From Candidatus Caldatribacterium sp. SIUC1 (GTDB lineage: Bacteria; Atribacterota; Atribacteria; Atribacterales; Caldatribacteriaceae), in NCBI RefSeq assembly GCF_051549785.1, contig NZ_CP189974.1, positions 911,231 through 943,230 of the forward strand: a stretch of DNA of 32,000 nt. Reading direction: 5' to 3'. A program made the position numbers and the translations under genes. This document shows positions 20,125 through 30,459 of this stretch, in pieces. The notes under the pieces were generated by a model. That model saw only the letters and a list, made by a program, of their open reading frames with translations. It had not been told where the DNA came from and made no database searches. Position 1 is the stretch's first letter. Every line of letters starts with the position of its first letter.

Positions 20125-21171
20125 ATGAGTAAAGACATTCTGGCGGTTATCGAACAGATTGAAAAGACAAAGGGTATCCCGCGAGATACCCTGAAACAGG
20201 CCATTGAAGCGGCACTGCTTTCTGCGTACCGGAAGAACTTCAGGAGTTCCCACAAGGGAGTCTCCGTGGTTCTTGACCCTCAGTCGGGAGAAATCAAGGT
20301 TCTGGCGCGCAAAATGGTGGTGGAGAAGCTGCGGGACTCCACTACAGAGATTCTGAAAGAAGAAGCGGAACGCCTGGGCTTCCGAGCCGATGTAGGAGAG
20401 TGGATTGAAATCGAAGTAACCCCCCGGGACTTTGGGCGGATTGCCGCCCAGACGGCCAAGCAGGTTATCGTGCAACGGCTCCGGGAAGCGGAGCGAGACA
20501 GAATCTACGAAGAGTTCTCAGAGAAAGAGGGAGAGGTCATCACCGGGGTTGTGGTTCGGCGGGAGGGGAAGAACGTCATTGTGGATCTCGGGAAAACCGA
20601 AGGAATCCTCCCCCCTGATGAGCAGGTGAGCACCGAGGAGTACCGTCCCGGGAGCCGGATGAAGTTCTTCATCGTTGAGGTGAAGAAGACCACCAAGGGT
20701 CCACGGATTATTCTTTCCCGGACTCATCCGGGGCTGGTGCGACGGCTCCTTGAACTTGAGGTTCCTGAGGTTCATGAAGGATGGGTGGATATCAAAGCCA
20801 TCACCCGTGAGCCTGGAGTGCGGACAAAGGTCGCGGTGGAGAGTCGCAACGAAAAGATTGACCCCGTGGGTGCCTGCATCGGCAACCGGGGGGTCAGGGT
20901 GAAGAACATCACCGATGAGCTCCGGGGGGAGAAAGTGGACATCATCCGCTGGAGCAATGACCCCGAGGTACTCATCAAGGAAGCCCTGAGCCCGGCCCAG
21001 GTGCTTGAGGTGAAACTCGACGAGGAAACGAGAACCGCTCAGGTGATCGTCCCTGACGACCAGCTTTCTCTTGCCATTGGAAGGGATGGCCAGAATGTCC
21101 GTCTGGCGGCACGGCTCAGCGGCTGGAGGATTGACATCAGGGGGAGCGGGAAAAAAGAGGAAGAACAATGA
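20125..21171 (+). CDS. nusA: Transcription termination/antitermination factor NusA
   Basis: VIEQIEKTKGIPRDTLKQAIEAALLSAYRKNF...SRTHPGLVRRLLELEVPEVHEGWVDIKAITREPGVRTKVAVES...DPVGACIGNRGVRVKNITDELRGEKVDII. Confidence 0.97.
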   Translation: MSKDILAVIEQIEKTKGIPRDTLKQAIEAALLSAYRKNFRSSHKGVSVVLDPQSGEIKVLARKMVVEKLRDSTTEILKEEAERLGFRADVGEWIEIEVTPRDFGRIAAQTAKQVIVQRLREAERDRIYEEFSEKEGEVITGVVVRREGKNVIVDLGKTEGILPPDEQVSTEEYRPGSRMKFFIVEVKKTTKGPRIILSRTHPGLVRRLLELEVPEVHEGWVDIKAITREPGVRTKVAVESRNEKIDPVGACIGNRGVRVKNITDELRGEKVDIIRWSNDPEVLIKEALSPAQVLEVKLDEETRTAQVIVPDDQLSLAIGRDGQNVRLAARLSGWRIDIRGSGKKEEEQ

Positions 21172-21473
21172 AGAAGGTTCCCATACGCATGTGCTTGAGT
21201 TGCCGGGAGAGGAAAGAAAAGAAATTCCTGGTTCGTGTGGTGCGGACCCTTCAGGGGACGCTTGAGGTTGACCCGACAGGGAAGAGAGCAGGAAGAGGGG
21301 CGTACGTGTGCCCGGTTCCGGAGTGCGTGGAGCGCCTGGATCGCAAGAGTCTCTCTTTTGCTTTTCGTATGGAAGTGAGTGAGAAAGAAGCGTTATCTCT
21401 CAAAGAGGCTTTGCGGGCGTACCTTGGGGGACAGGCAAAGGAGGTTCGGCATGACAAAGGTCAGAGTGTATAA
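21168..21473 (+). CDS. ylxR: YlxR-family (DUF448) RNA-binding protein
   Basis: [22 protein letters not shown]...[32 protein letters not shown]; between nusA and infB. Confidence 0.93.
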   Translation: MKKVPIRMCLSCRERKEKKFLVRVVRTLQGTLEVDPTGKRAGRGAYVCPVPECVERLDRKSLSFAFRMEVSEKEALSLKEALRAYLGGQAKEVRHDKGQSV

Positions 21474-23379
21474 GGTCGCTGAACGGCTGGGGATGCCAAC
21501 CCATGAGGTCATGGATATGCTCAGAGAACTCGGAGCGGACATCAAGAACCACATGAGCAGTATCGACGAAGACCTTGTGGAACTTCTGGAAGAGGAAATC
21601 GAGTTCCGTCGGAGGAAAGAGGAAGAACTTCGGAAGAAACGGGAGAAAACCGTCGTTCTCGAAAATCCCCCCACCCTGCGGGAACTTGCACGGCTTCTCG
21701 GGGAGGAGGAAACCGAGGTCCTGCTCCGTCTTGCCGATCTCAACGTTATCCCCCACGGCAAGAAGCCTCTCCCACCGCTTGTGGTGGAACGCCTGCTCCG
21801 GGAGAAAGGTTTCGAGGTGGAGTGGAAGGGAAACCTCCGCGAGGAGGTGCTCAAGAGTCTTGAGGTGGAGAGGCTCCCCCGTCCTCCTGTGGTGACCATC
21901 CTCGGCCATGTCGACCACGGGAAAACGACGCTCCTTGACGCCATCCGTCGTTCAAGGGTTGCGGAATCAGAGTACGGTGGCATCACGCAGAAGATTGGCG
22001 CCTATCAGGTGGATGTGGGAGGACGGAAGATCACCTTCATCGATACGCCGGGTCATGAAGCCTTCACCACCATGCGGGCTCGAGGGGCACAGGTCACCGA
22101 TATCGCAGTTCTTGTTGTGGCTGCTGATGATGGCGTCATGCCCCAGACGGTTGAGGCCATCCAGCACGCTAAAGCTGCCGATGTCCCTATTCTTGTGGCC
22201 ATCAACAAAATCGACAAACCGGGGGCAAATCCCGAGAAGGTGAAGCAGCAACTTGCTGAGCACGGTCTCATTCCTGAGGAATGGGGTGGAGAGACCATCT
22301 GCGTGGCCATCTCAGCCCTCCAGCGGAAGGGCATTCAGGACCTCCTGGATATGATTCTCCTCCAGGCAGATCTTCTGGAACTTCGGGCAAGATACGCAGG
22401 CCCAGCTGTGGGGGTCATCATCGAATCACGCCTTGACCGGGGGAAGGGGCCAGTGGCCACGGTGATCGTCCAGGAGGGGACGCTCCGGGTTGGAGACTTC
22501 TTCGTTGCCGGGACGACCTGGGGGAGGGTGCGTTCGCTCTTTGATGACCTAGGGAAGTCCATTAAGGAAGCTCCTCCTGCCACTCCGGTGGAGGTCGTAG
22601 GCTTTGCCGAGCTTCCCCCTGCAGGAACGAAACTCGTTGTGGTTGAAGAGGAGAAAACGGCCACTGTTGTTGCCGAGCGACGGAAGGAGCGAGAACGCGA
22701 GCGGGCCCTTCGGGAGGCAGGAAACCGTGTCGTTTCCCTTGAAGAGCTCCTGGCCCCTGAAGAGGGGAAGGTCAAGGAACTGCACCTTGTGCTCAAGGCC
22801 GACTACCAGGGGTCTCTCGAGGCCCTGGAACGGGCGATATCCCAGCTTGGGGATGAGCGGGTCAACATCAACGTCGTGTTTCGGGGAGTCGGCAACATCA
22901 GTGAAGCCGATGTCATGCTGGCCTCGGCCTCATCAGGAGTGGTGATCGGGTTCAACGTCAAGCTTCCTAATGAGGTGGCCAAGGTCGCCAAGCAGGAGGG
23001 AGTGGAAGTACGTCTTTACCGGATTATCTACGATGTGGTGGAGGACATGAAACGGGCCATTCAGGGTCTTGTTGAACCCCGAAAGGTTGAGGAAGTCATC
23101 GGCAGAGCCGAGGTCCGGGCACTTTTCAAAGTCCCCCGGGTGGGGATTGTGGCAGGGTGCTATGTCCTTGAGGGGAAGATAGACCGAAACGCCTTCGTGC
23201 GGGTTCTGCGCAGGGGAGAGGTGCTCCAGGAAAAGGTCCGCATTGCCTCCCTGAAGCGTTTCAAAGATGACGTTCGGGAAGTAGCCCAGGGGTACGAGTG
23301 TGGCATAGCGCTTGAGGGTTTCGAGGGCTTTGCAGAAGGCGATGTTTTCGAAGCGTATGTGGTGAAGGAAGAGCGATGA
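21451..23379 (+). CDS. infB: Translation initiation factor IF-2
   Basis: [43 protein letters not shown]...[38 protein letters not shown]; ATG at 21451 after aaaggagg. Confidence 0.98.
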   Translation: MTKVRVYKVAERLGMPTHEVMDMLRELGADIKNHMSSIDEDLVELLEEEIEFRRRKEEELRKKREKTVVLENPPTLRELARLLGEEETEVLLRLADLNVIPHGKKPLPPLVVERLLREKGFEVEWKGNLREEVLKSLEVERLPRPPVVTILGHVDHGKTTLLDAIRRSRVAESEYGGITQKIGAYQVDVGGRKITFIDTPGHEAFTTMRARGAQVTDIAVLVVAADDGVMPQTVEAIQHAKAADVPILVAINKIDKPGANPEKVKQQLAEHGLIPEEWGGETICVAISALQRKGIQDLLDMILLQADLLELRARYAGPAVGVIIESRLDRGKGPVATVIVQEGTLRVGDFFVAGTTWGRVRSLFDDLGKSIKEAPPATPVEVVGFAELPPAGTKLVVVEEEKTATVVAERRKERERERALREAGNRVVSLEELLAPEEGKVKELHLVLKADYQGSLEALERAISQLGDERVNINVVFRGVGNISEADVMLASASSGVVIGFNVKLPNEVAKVAKQEGVEVRLYRIIYDVVEDMKRAIQGLVEPRKVEEVIGRAEVRALFKVPRVGIVAGCYVLEGKIDRNAFVRVLRRGEVLQEKVRIASLKRFKDDVREVAQGYECGIALEGFEGFAEGDVFEAYVVKEER

Positions 23380-23657
23380 GGGTTGGAGTGTGCCGTGTGG
23401 AGCTCTTCATCAACGGGAGTTCTTCGCTGAAGGACCGAAGGCGTGTGGTGGACTCGGTGAAGCAGCGCCTCCGGAATCGCTTCAACGTGTCGGTGGCCGA
23501 GCTCTCTGAGGATTCCCAGTGGCAGAGGGGGAGCCTTGGGATTTCCTGTGTGGCACGGGATGCACAGTCGGTGGAGTCCCTGCTCCACCAGGTGCTCGAG
23601 TTCATCGAGAACGACGACCGGGTGGAAGTCACCGACTGGCTTTTTGAAATCTACTGA
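23376..23657 (+). CDS. DUF503 (YlxP-like) protein
   Basis: [60 protein letters not shown]; between infB and rbfA. Confidence 0.92.
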   Translation: MRVGVCRVELFINGSSSLKDRRRVVDSVKQRLRNRFNVSVAELSEDSQWQRGSLGISCVARDAQSVESLLHQVLEFIENDDRVEVTDWLFEIY

Positions 23658-23667
23658 GGTTACCGCC

Positions 23668-24015
23668 ATGAAAGAACAGAGGCCCCTCCGGGTGGCTGAA
23701 CTGATCAAGAGAGAGGTATCCCGGATTCTCCTTTCCGAGGTTGAGGACCCGCGTCTTCGAGGGTTCACCATCACCCGGGTTGAGATGTCTCCGGACCTCA
23801 AACAGGCCAAAATTTTCGTGGGCTTTCTGGGTGAGGCAGAGGAGGGTGAGAAGTACGAGGCCCTGAAGAGGGCGACGAAGTTCATTCGGGGGGTACTGGC
23901 CTCAAGAATTCGCATCAAGTTTATGCCCGAGATCGTCTTCGTGGCCGATCCAACCCTGGAGAAAGCTTTTCAGGTTGTGGAACTCCTGAACCGTCTGGAA
24001 CAGGAGAACCAATGA
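23668..24015 (+). CDS. rbfA: Ribosome-binding factor A
   Basis: RVAELIKREVSRILLSEVEDPRLRGFTITRVEMSPDLKQAKIFVGF...ATKFIRGVLASRIRIKFMPEIVFVADPTLEKA. Confidence 0.95.
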   Translation: MKEQRPLRVAELIKREVSRILLSEVEDPRLRGFTITRVEMSPDLKQAKIFVGFLGEAEEGEKYEALKRATKFIRGVLASRIRIKFMPEIVFVADPTLEKAFQVVELLNRLEQENQ

Positions 24016-24998
24016 GGGACGAAAAGAAGGAAATCTGCCGGATTTTCTCGGAAGCTTTCTACTTTGTGGTCACCTCGCATCAGAACATTGACGGTGATGG
24101 TCTGGGGTCGGCTCTTGCTCTCTATTTTCTCCTCTGGCGAATGGGGAAGAGGGCAAGGGTCGTCTACGATGGCCGGGTGCCTTACTTCTACCGTTTCCTG
24201 CCTGGATCGGCTCAGGTACTCTCCTTTGAAGCGTTTTCCGCGGAAAAAGAACCTTTTGAAGTCCTGGTGGTTGTGGATTGTTCCAACCCTGCCCGGGTGG
24301 GGAGAGTGGAGGGCTTCCTGAAAGAGGCTCGCTACGTGGTGAATATCGACCACCATCCCGACAACGCCTTCTTTGGTCATGCGAACTTCGTCGTTCCCGG
24401 GTCTCCCGCTTCGGCACTCCTTGTGTACGAACTGGCCCGGGAGCTCCGTGTTCCCCTTGATGCTGATATCGCCACCGGTATCCTGACCGGTGTCGTAACC
24501 GATACCGGAGGGTTCCAGTTCGCCGAGCTCAACCAGAACCTCTTCACCGTTGTTGGGGAACTTGTGGCCTCGGGCGCTTCCCTGAGCACCATCATGCACC
24601 ATGTGTTCCGTTTCCGGCGCCTTGAGGCGCTGAAGCTTCTGAGCCGGGCGCTCCATCGCCTAACTTTTGACCCTGTCTGTGGGTGTGCGTCGACGCACCT
24701 CATGCAGGAGGACTTCAGCGAATGCGGTGCTCAGGAGGAGGACGCCGAGGGTGTCGTGGATTACGGCCTCTACATCCCTGAGGCCAGGGTTTCGGTGTTC
24801 TTTAAGGAAATTGCCCCCAACACCTACAAGGTGAGCCTCCGTTCCCGGGACGACTTTGACGTCCTCCCTGTGGCCCACCACTTTGGGGGTGGAGGACACC
24901 AGAGAGCAGCGGGTTTCAAAATCACGGGTTCTTTCCCTTCGGTGTACCGGGAGGTTCTGGATGTTTTGCGGACCATGGTCCTGGAGTCTTCGAAATAG
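24012..24998 (+). CDS. nrnA: DHH/DHHA1 phosphoesterase, NrnA-like oligoribonuclease / pAp phosphatase
   Basis: SHQNIDGDGLGSALAL, VVVDCSNPARVG, NIDHHPDNAFFG, FGGGGHQRAAGF. Confidence 0.92.
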   Translation: MRDEKKEICRIFSEAFYFVVTSHQNIDGDGLGSALALYFLLWRMGKRARVVYDGRVPYFYRFLPGSAQVLSFEAFSAEKEPFEVLVVVDCSNPARVGRVEGFLKEARYVVNIDHHPDNAFFGHANFVVPGSPASALLVYELARELRVPLDADIATGILTGVVTDTGGFQFAELNQNLFTVVGELVASGASLSTIMHHVFRFRRLEALKLLSRALHRLTFDPVCGCASTHLMQEDFSECGAQEEDAEGVVDYGLYIPEARVSVFFKEIAPNTYKVSLRSRDDFDVLPVAHHFGGGGHQRAAGFKITGSFPSVYREVLDVLRTMVLESSK

Positions 24999-25016
24999 GG
25001 CAAAGGAGCGACGGTC

Positions 25017-25904
25017 ATGCTGGGCGGGGTGCTGAATCTGTACAAGCCTGCCGGGGTGACTTCCCGGGTTCTTGTGGAGCGGGTAGGACGAATACTGAAG
25101 GCCAAAGCGGGTCACACCGGGACCCTTGACCCCTGTGCCCGGGGGGTGATCCTTGTGTGTTTTGGGAAGGCCACGCGTCTTGTGTCCTTCTTCCAGGAGC
25201 TCGATAAGGTCTACCGGGCGCGGTTCCGTTTCGGGATTGCCACGGACACCTATGACGTGAAGGGGAAAATCACCGCGGTTTCTTCGGGGAAGCTCAGAGA
25301 AGAGGACCTGCTTCGGGTGCTTGGTGATTTCCGGGGAACCTTCGTCCAGGAGGTTCCGCCGTTTTCGGCATGCAAGTATCGCGGACGTCCGCTCTACCAG
25401 TATGCTCGCCGGGGGGAACACATCACGCTCAGGCGGGAGGTTACCGTTTACCAACTGGAGCTCCTCTCCTGCCTCGAAGGAGAATTTGGGGAAGCGGAGT
25501 TCCTCATCCACTGCTCCGGGGGTACGTACGTGCGAAGCCTTGCCCATGAGCTTGGGCAGCGACTCGGCCTTGGGGCCTATGTGGCTGCCCTTGTCCGGGA
25601 GAGAGTGGGTCAGTTCCGGATTGAGGAGAGCATCGACGTCATGCAGAAGGGTATCGGAAGGGATTTCCTCCTTGAGCGGTCGCTTCCGCCAGAAAAAGCC
25701 CTGTACTTCCTCGATGCGGTGGAGGTGGGTGAGGAAGAGGCCAGGTGCTTCCTCCACGGGACTCCTTTCCCATCGCCCGTGCCCCTGCAGGCCCCCGGCA
25801 TGGTGAAGGTGCTCCATGGTGGAACGTTCCTCGGGCTGGCTTTCTGGGATTCATTGAGGCTCCTCCCCAGAGTTGTTCTTGCCGAGTCCTGCCATGTTGC
25901 TTGA
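25017..25904 (+). CDS. truB: tRNA pseudouridine(55) synthase
   Basis: GVLNLYKPAGVTSRVLVERVGRILKAKAGHTGTLDPCARGVILVCFGKATRL...CSGGTYVRSLAHELGQRLG. Confidence 0.97.
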   Translation: MLGGVLNLYKPAGVTSRVLVERVGRILKAKAGHTGTLDPCARGVILVCFGKATRLVSFFQELDKVYRARFRFGIATDTYDVKGKITAVSSGKLREEDLLRVLGDFRGTFVQEVPPFSACKYRGRPLYQYARRGEHITLRREVTVYQLELLSCLEGEFGEAEFLIHCSGGTYVRSLAHELGQRLGLGAYVAALVRERVGQFRIEESIDVMQKGIGRDFLLERSLPPEKALYFLDAVEVGEEEARCFLHGTPFPSPVPLQAPGMVKVLHGGTFLGLAFWDSLRLLPRVVLAESCHVA

Positions 25905-27000
25905 GCGGGGTTGGAAGAGGTTTCCCCAGGAGAGTGTTGTGGCCATCGGGTTTTTTGACGGTTTTCACCGCGGTCACCGCCGGGTTCTGGCTGAGGCTCT
26001 GGCGAGGTCGTCACCGGAGACCCCCCTCTGTGTGGTGACCTTCTACCCTCATCCCCAGAAGGCGCTACTCCCCCGGGAGGGCGTGAAGTACCTGACCTCA
26101 TATGGTGAGAAGTACCTCCTCCTTGAGCACTTCTTCCCCGGGGCCTTCCTGTACTTCCTCCGATTCAACCAGGCTCTTCGGGAAACTGCCCCTCTGGATT
26201 TCCTGAACACGGTGGTGGAGTATTTCCACCCCCGGGCAATCTGTGTGGGCGAGAACTTCCGCTTCGGCTTCGAGCGCCAGGGAGACAGTGTGCTCCTTCG
26301 GGATTTTTTCGCTCCCCGGGGTACGGAGGTTGTGGTGGTTCCCTCATACCGGGTGCAGGGAGAAGTGGTCTCAAGCTCCCGAATTCGGGAACACCTCCTT
26401 GATGGAAGGCTCACCCAGGCGAATGAGCTCCTTGGATTCCCCTTTATGGTTATCGGGAGGGTCCGGAGAGGGCGGAGAATCGGGAGAACCCTGGGTTTCC
26501 CCACTTTGAACCTCCATCCACCCTCGCGGAAACTCCTGCCTCCGCCGGGAGTGTACACCGGGAGGGTCTCCTGGGAGAGCCCGGAGGAAACCTCCTGGAA
26601 CGCCCTTATTTATACCGGGAGCCGGCCAACCTTCCACGATACGCACCGCCGGGTCGTCGAAGTCTTCGTTCCCTCATCCCCTTTCCCAGAGCTCTACGGT
26701 CGGAGAATCTGCGTTACTTTTGAGGAATTCGTGCGGGAAGAGATGGTCTTCTCTTCAGAGGAAGCTCTCAGAAGACAGATTCAGAAAGACCTTGAGGTCT
26801 TTCTCCAGAAAGACCAGTCGGGGCTTTCTGCCCCAAAAGGGGCTGCGCAGGGGCTTCGGGAGCATCGAGGAGAGTATAGCAGGAATTTCACAGATTCGTC
26901 ACAAATTCTTCACAGAGGGCTGCTATACTTCCCTGTAGCGTGCCGGAACTTCTGGGAACCCGGCGTGGTACAATGGGAAAAAAGCCGAAAGGCGGGCTGA
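25894..27000 (+). CDS. ribF: Riboflavin kinase / FAD synthetase with an atypical C-terminal extension
   Basis: VVAIGFFDGFHRGHRRVLAEA...VVTFYPHP...VGENFRFGFERQGD...SSSRIREHLLDG...IGRTLGFPTLNLHP...GVYTG; the recognisable fold ends near residue KDLEVFL. Confidence 0.93.
   Translation: MLLERGWKRFPQESVVAIGFFDGFHRGHRRVLAEALARSSPETPLCVVTFYPHPQKALLPREGVKYLTSYGEKYLLLEHFFPGAFLYFLRFNQALRETAPLDFLNTVVEYFHPRAICVGENFRFGFERQGDSVLLRDFFAPRGTEVVVVPSYRVQGEVVSSSRIREHLLDGRLTQANELLGFPFMVIGRVRRGRRIGRTLGFPTLNLHPPSRKLLPPPGVYTGRVSWESPEETSWNALIYTGSRPTFHDTHRRVVEVFVPSSPFPELYGRRICVTFEEFVREEMVFSSEEALRRQIQKDLEVFLQKDQSGLSAPKGAAQGLREHRGEYSRNFTDSSQILHRGLLYFPVACRNFWEPGVVQWEKSRKAG
26888..26929 (+). promoter_or_regulatory. Putative regulated promoter of the export cluster: three 11-bp-phased TCACA repeats plus an extended -10
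   Basis: TCACAgattcg / TCACAaattct / TCACAgagggc starting at 26888, 26899 and 26910, followed by TGCTATACT (26921-26929). Confidence 0.5.
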
Positions 27001-27002
27001 AG

Positions 27003-28349
27003 GTGAAAAGGTACCGGGAACTTCTGCTCTCCGTGCTGCTCTTTGTGGGGGTTTGCCTGTTTTCCGGGGCCCAGGGGAGGGGCCAGGATATCTCTCTTAA
27101 GGAGGCTCTGGAACGGGCGCTTCTTGGGAACCGGGAGATCAAGAAAGCCGAGATCGAAGTGGAAGTTGCCCGCTCTGCGCTGCGAAAGGCTCGGGAAAAC
27201 ACCTTTTCCCCGGCGATTGCCGTTGGAGAAACGATACGGCTTTCCGGAGAGTCCCCAGAAGGGTTGTCGTTAGAACTTCAGGATACCATCTCCTTTGACG
27301 CTTCGCTCTGGGAAGAAGCAAAGGTCAGCCTTGAAAAGGCAGAGAGGGCTCTGGAAGCAACGAGGGAAGAAGTGAAAAAGAGCGTCGTCACCTCGTACCT
27401 GGAAATTCTCAAGGCGAAGAACACCCTTGCTCTTGAGGAGAAAAGCCTCGAACTCCTCAAGGGGCGTCTTGAGCGCCTCAAGGAAGGGTATGAGAAGGGG
27501 GAAGCAGCGGCTTTCGCCCTCCAGGAAGCCGAAGGGCAGTACAGGGAACAGGAAGGAAAGGTTCGGGCCCTGAAAGAGAGGCTCCGCCTTCTTGAGGAAC
27601 GGTTCTTCCAGCTTCTTGGGGAGGAAATGCCCGGGGAAGAGGTGACATTTCGGCCCCTTCCTCAAAAGCTCCCTGCGTTTTCCAGAGACCTCGCCCTCCA
27701 GGATTTCGTTTCGATACGGGATGAAGTTGAGGATCTTGAGGGACAGAGGAGAGTTCTGAAAGCGCAGGAAGCTCAGCTTCGCCGAAAAGGCCTTCCTCAG
27801 ATTACCCTTGAGGGAACCTACAGCAAAGACGGCTGGTCTTTGACCGCGGGCTACAACTTTTCGGCGAAATCCCTCGACATCGTCCTCAAGAAACCTCTTG
27901 GTACTCAGGGAGTTTCCTCGGGGGAGCATTTCGGCGTGGGTCTTTCCGTTTCGTGGTCGTTCTCCCCGAGCCTTTCAGAAGAAAAAAAGCAGGTGGAACT
28001 CAGGCAAAAGGCCCTCCTCCTTGACCTTGAGACAGAAAAGGCCACCGTACTTTTCGATATCCGGGAGAAGTACCTTTCACTCTGTGAAGCCTGGGATACT
28101 CTGGAGGGGAAGCGGATGCTCCTTGAAGCCGAAAGGGAGCGGCATGCCCGGATAATGAAGCAGTGGGAACTTGGGAGTATCGACCAGGTGACCCTTCTTG
28201 AGAGCGAATACCGTCTTTCACAGGCCCAGGTAACGTACGAAAATGCTTTTTGTGACCTTCTGGCAAGCTTTGTCGCCTTTCTCCGGAGTACGGAACAGCC
28301 TATTCTTTGGGAAACCCTGTTTCCTCAGGAAGGAGACGAGAGGCAATGA
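27003..28349 (+). CDS. TolC-family outer membrane efflux protein
   Basis: Signal-like N-terminus MKRYRELLLSVLLFVGVCLFSGAQG then ISLKEALERALLGNREIKKAEIEVEVARSALRKARENTFSP, long helical repeats, QWELGSIDQVTLLESEYRLSQAQVTYENA. The GTG start at 27003 is favoured over 26940 or 26973. Confidence 0.85.
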   Translation: MKRYRELLLSVLLFVGVCLFSGAQGRGQDISLKEALERALLGNREIKKAEIEVEVARSALRKARENTFSPAIAVGETIRLSGESPEGLSLELQDTISFDASLWEEAKVSLEKAERALEATREEVKKSVVTSYLEILKAKNTLALEEKSLELLKGRLERLKEGYEKGEAAAFALQEAEGQYREQEGKVRALKERLRLLEERFFQLLGEEMPGEEVTFRPLPQKLPAFSRDLALQDFVSIRDEVEDLEGQRRVLKAQEAQLRRKGLPQITLEGTYSKDGWSLTAGYNFSAKSLDIVLKKPLGTQGVSSGEHFGVGLSVSWSFSPSLSEEKKQVELRQKALLLDLETEKATVLFDIREKYLSLCEAWDTLEGKRMLLEAERERHARIMKQWELGSIDQVTLLESEYRLSQAQVTYENAFCDLLASFVAFLRSTEQPILWETLFPQEGDERQ

Positions 28350-29695
28350 AAAAAGTCGTGGTACTCTTCGTTGCCCTTGTTCTTTTCGCTGTCTTTCTCG
28401 GCGGATGTTTTCCCCAGCAGGGGCAGAGGGCCTCTCAGGCGAAGCAGAAAACCGTTGCATCTTCTCAGACCGTTCCCGTGCGACGGGGGAGGATCGCCGA
28501 TACGGTATCGGAACTCGGCACCCTTGAGCCGCTCTCGAAGGTCTCGATTATTGCGGAGGAGAGCGGAAAAGTTGCGGAGGTCCTCGTTAGGGAAGGGGAG
28601 AGCGTTGAAAGGGGCCAGGTGCTACTTCGCCTGGACACCGAAGACCTTGAAATCACCCGCTCGCAGATTCTGGCGCAGCTCAAATCAGCCCAGGTTGACC
28701 TTGAGGAGTTGCTTTCCGGGCCGACTGAGGTGGAGCTCCGCTCAAAAGAGGCCCAGTATACGGAGGCCCTTCTGGCGTATGAGGAAGCGAAGAAGACCCT
28801 TGCCCGGAATGAACGGCTTTTTGCCTCGGGAGCCATATCCCAGGAAGAGCTCGAAGCCAGCCGGAACGAGGTGACGAAAAAAGAAAAGGCTCTTGCCGTG
28901 GCAAGGGCAGAGCTTGAGGAGACGAAGAGGAAACCAAAGGAAGAAGACGTGGAGCGGGTAAAGGCGCGGATTGAAGAAATCGAAGCCTCTCTGCGTTCGG
29001 TGGAGCGGCGAATTGAAAAGGCCGAGATTCGTTCTCCTCTTAAGGGCATCGTCCTTGAGGTGAACGTGGAGGAGGGCGATTTCGTTTCAAGCGGCACCAG
29101 CGCCTCGGGAGGGACAACCCCTGTTGTGGTTGCTGACCTCTCGACGATGAAGGTGGACGTTCCAGTGAACGAGGTGGACATCCCCAGGGTACGGATTGGG
29201 CAAACTGCCCGGATTACCCTTGATGCCTTCCCCGGGAAAACTTTTGAGGGTCAGGTTGTAGCGGTGGCCTACCAGGGGAAAACCAGCGAGAACGTGGTGA
29301 CCTATGACACCACGGTGCACCTGGCGAATCCCGACAACCTCCTTCGGGCGGGGATGACGGCCAATGTAGAGATTATCATTCAGGAAAAGGAGAACGCTCT
29401 GCTTGTTCCGGCAAGTGCGGTGAAAGAGGAGGGACAAAGAACTTTTGTCTTCGTGAAGAATGCCCAGGGACAGCCCGAGCGCAGGGCGGTGGTCCTTGGA
29501 ATTCGGAACGACGCTTTTGTTGAGGTCGTGGAAGGACTTCAGGAGGGTGAGGAGGTCTTTGTGACCCCACCAGAGGGTGCAGAGGTTTCTCCTTCGAGCA
29601 CCTCAGGGGGTGCACAGAGAGACGTACAGGTTCGTGTAGGTCCGGTTCCTCAGGGTCCTCCACCGGCTCCTCAAGGTCCTCCACCGGGAGGGTGA
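28346..29695 (+). CDS. macA: MacA/HlyD-like periplasmic adaptor lipoprotein
   Basis: Lipobox [10 protein letters not shown]; [45 protein letters not shown]...[23 protein letters not shown]. Confidence 0.88.
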   Translation: MKKVVVLFVALVLFAVFLGGCFPQQGQRASQAKQKTVASSQTVPVRRGRIADTVSELGTLEPLSKVSIIAEESGKVAEVLVREGESVERGQVLLRLDTEDLEITRSQILAQLKSAQVDLEELLSGPTEVELRSKEAQYTEALLAYEEAKKTLARNERLFASGAISQEELEASRNEVTKKEKALAVARAELEETKRKPKEEDVERVKARIEEIEASLRSVERRIEKAEIRSPLKGIVLEVNVEEGDFVSSGTSASGGTTPVVVADLSTMKVDVPVNEVDIPRVRIGQTARITLDAFPGKTFEGQVVAVAYQGKTSENVVTYDTTVHLANPDNLLRAGMTANVEIIIQEKENALLVPASAVKEEGQRTFVFVKNAQGQPERRAVVLGIRNDAFVEVVEGLQEGEEVFVTPPEGAEVSPSSTSGGAQRDVQVRVGPVPQGPPPAPQGPPPGG

Positions 29696-30459
29696 GCCAG
29701 AGAGTGCAACCCATCATCCGTGTTGAGAACCTGGTCAAGGTGTACCGCACGGGGAAAGTGGAGGTTCAGGCACTCAAGGGGGTGACCTTTGAGGTGCATC
29801 CCGGGGAGTTCATCGCCATCATGGGTCCCTCAGGCTCAGGCAAAACCACCCTTATGAACATCCTGGGATGCCTTGACACCCCAACAGAAGGTCGGTACAT
29901 CCTCGACGGTGTTGAGGTTTCTTCCCTGCGGGAGCATCAGCTTGCCGAAATCCGGAACCGGAAAATCGGTTTCGTTTTCCAGAATTTCCATCTCTTGCCG
30001 CGCCTCACCGCTTTCCAGAACGTGGAACTCCCCCTCCTCTACGCTTCGGTGCCAAAGAACATCCGGGTCCGGAGGGTCCGGGACCTCCTTGAGCGGGTGG
30101 GCCTTGGGGAGAGAATGCACCACCGGCCGAATGAACTCTCGGGAGGACAGATGCAGCGGGTGGCCATTGCCCGGGCGCTGGTGAACGATCCGGCCATCAT
30201 CCTTGCCGATGAGCCCACAGGGAATCTCGATACCCTCTCGGGAGAAGAGATCATGAGCATTTTCCAGGAACTCAACGAGGAGGGGCGGACCATCATCCTT
30301 GTGACCCACGAGCGGGACATTGCCCAGCACGCCCGCCGGGTCATCCACTTCCGGGATGGAAAGATTCTCAAAAATGAAGACGTCACCGACCGTATTGACG
30401 CCCGCCGGCTCCTTGAGGAGCTCAAAAGGCAGCGGAATTTGCTGGAGGAAGCAGGATGA
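29692..30459 (+). CDS. macB: MacB-type ABC transporter ATP-binding protein
   Basis: [25 protein letters not shown]...[23 protein letters not shown]...[33 protein letters not shown]. Confidence 0.95.
   Translation: MSQRVQPIIRVENLVKVYRTGKVEVQALKGVTFEVHPGEFIAIMGPSGSGKTTLMNILGCLDTPTEGRYILDGVEVSSLREHQLAEIRNRKIGFVFQNFHLLPRLTAFQNVELPLLYASVPKNIRVRRVRDLLERVGLGERMHHRPNELSGGQMQRVAIARALVNDPAIILADEPTGNLDTLSGEEIMSIFQELNEEGRTIILVTHERDIAQHARRVIHFRDGKILKNEDVTDRIDARRLLEELKRQRNLLEEAG

Noticed and set aside
24660-25817. 385-aa minus-strand ORF opposite nrnA/truB
   Set aside because: It mirrors conserved truB on the plus strand, with no family signature and no ribosome-binding site context.
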